A DNA stretch of 64,000 nt. Origin: the human T2T-CHM13v2.0 reference genome, Homo sapiens. The translations under genes were made by a program, and so were the position numbers. The notes below the pieces were generated by a model. It was given only the letters and a program-made list of their open reading frames with translations, was not told the DNA's origin and ran no database searches. The first letter of the stretch is position 1, and each line of letters opens with the position of its first letter. The DNA lies in assembly GCF_009914755.1 (NCBI RefSeq), contig NC_060930.1. One strand, given 5' to 3'. Below, in pieces: positions 61,942 to 64,000 of the stretch.

Positions 61942-64000
61942 AAAATCAGTAGCATTTCTATACCCCAACAACATCCAAGCTGAGAGCCAAATCAAGAATA
62001 CAATCACATTCACAATAGCCACAAAAAGAATAAAATACCTAGGAATACAGCTAACCAGGGAGATGAAAGATCTCTACAAGAATTACAAAACACTTCTCAA
62101 ATAAATCAGAGATGACACAAACAAATGAAAAAACATGCCGTGCTCATGAATAGAAAGAATCAACATTGTTAAAATGGCCAGACTACCCAAAGCAATTTAT
62201 AGATTCAGTGCGATTCCTATCAACTACCAATGACATTCTTCACAGAATTAGCAAAAGCAATTTTTTTTGAGATAGGCTCTTACTCTGTCACCTAGGCTGA
62301 AGTACAGTGGTGCAATTGGCTCGCTACAGCCTCGACCTCCCAAGCTAAATCAATCCTCCCACCTCAGCCTCCTGAATAGCTTAGACTACAAGCACACACC
62401 ACTATGAATGGCTAATTTTTGTATTTTTTGTAGAGATGGGGTTTTACCATGTTGCCCAGTCTGGTCTCAAACTCCTGGGTTCAAGTGATCCGCCCACCTC
62501 AGCCTCCCAAAGTGTTGGGATTAAGGGCATGAGCCACCATACCCAGCCAGAAAAAGCAATTTTAAAATTTGTATGGAACCAAAAAAGGGCCCAAATAGCC
62601 AAAGCAATCTTCAGCAAAAAGAACAAAGTTGAAAGCATCACGTTATCCAACTTCAAACTATACTACAAGGCTATAATAATCAAAACAGCATGGTACTGGT
62701 ACAAAAACAGACACATAGACCAATGGAACAGAATAGAGACTGCAAAAATAATGCTACACACCTACAACCATCTTATCTTCAACAGTCAACAAAAACAAGC
62801 AATGGGGAAAGCAGTCCCTATTTAATAAATGGTGCTGGGATAACTGGCTAGTCATATGCAGAAGATTAAAACTGGAGCCCCTTCCTTACATCATATACAA
62901 AAATCAATTCAAGATGGATTAAAGAATTATATGTAAAACCCAAAACTATAAAATCCTAGAAGATAACCTAGGCAATATCATTCTGGACATAGGCCCTGGC
63001 AAAGATTTCACAACAAAGATACAAAAAGTAATTCCAACAGAAACAAAAATTGACAAACGAGGCCTAACTAAAGAGCTTCTACAAAGCAAAAGAAACTATC
63101 AATGGAGTAAACAGACAACCTACAGAGTGGAAGAAAATATTTGCAAACTATGCATTTGACAAAGGTCTAATATCCAGAATATATAAGGAATATAAATGAA
63201 TTTACAAGCAGAAAACAACCCCATTAAAAAGTGGGCAAAGAATATGAACGGTTTTCAAAGAAAGACATATATGCAGCCATGAAAAAGATGCTCAAAATAA
63301 CTAAATATTGGAGAATGCAAATCAAAACTACAATGAGATACCATCTCACATTAGTCAGAACGGCTATTATTAAAAAATAAAAAAATAACAGGTACTGGCA
63401 AGGTTGTAGAGAAGAGGGAATTCTTATACACTGCTGGTGGGAATGTAAATTGGTTCAGCCATTGTGGAAAGCAGTGTGGCAGTTTCCCAAAGAACTTAAA
63501 ACAGAAGTACCATTCAACTCAGCAATTCCGTTACTGAGTATATACCTAAAGAAATATAAATAATTCTACCATAAAGATACATGCACGCAAATGTTCATCG
63601 CAGCACTATTCACAATAGCAAAGATGTGAAATCAACCTAAGTGCTTATCAATGGCAGATTAGATAAAGAAAATGTGGTACAAATAAACTATGGAATACTA
63701 TACAGCCATAAATAGAGACAAGATCATGTCCTTTAGAGCAACATGAATAGAGCTGCAAGCTGTTATCCTAAGCAAACTAATGCAGGAACAGAAAACCAAA
63801 TACCACAGGTTTTCACTTATAAATGGGATCTAAACATTGAGAACATGGACACAAAGAAGAGCACAACAGACACTGAGGCCTACCTGAGGGTGGAGGGTGA
63901 AGGGTGAGAGGAGGGAGAAGATTAAAAAACCACCTGTCAGGTACTATGCTTATCACCTGAGTGATGAAATAGTCTGTACACCAAACCCCTGTGACACACA
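61942..64000 (+). mobile_element. L1PA15-like ORF2 3' half and 3'UTR (runs off window)
   Basis: Peptide [29 protein letters not shown]; 3'UTR ggtactatgcttatcacctgagtgatgaaatagtctgtacaccaaaccc. Confidence 0.88.
62265..62548 (-). mobile_element. AluJb-like inserted in L1
   Basis: TSD ag(c/a)aaaagcaatttt at 62250-62264 and 62549-62563. Confidence 0.9.

Overview
Ape (hominoid primate) nuclear DNA, intergenic or deep-intronic. I can support no host protein-coding gene, RNA gene or CRISPR array. Over half of the window is transposon-derived: six L1PA3-PA5-type LINE-1s, about 20 Alu/FLAM copies, older L1M, L2 and MIR remnants, MaLR, ERV1 and Gypsy-like solo LTRs, and Tigger/hAT DNA transposons. All long ORFs are L1 ORF1/ORF2/ORF0 pieces or Alu and low-complexity artefacts. 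The most notable items are structural. (1) Two neighbouring twin-primed (5'-inverted) L1s. (2) A near full-length L1 whose RT domain was deleted, leaving a templated filler. (3) Three ancient 138-156 bp locally templated duplications; two of them are fused as a direct-plus-inverted composite. (4) A fold-back palindrome later split by an Alu. (5) A mosaic of shared variants among the young L1s. (6) A very young AluYe-lineage element, tentatively suggesting orangutan. (7) A strong CTCF site with its upstream motif. I found no new gene system. Repeat subfamily names come from remembered consensus sequences and need RepeatMasker/Dfam confirmation; coordinates of old repeats are approximate.
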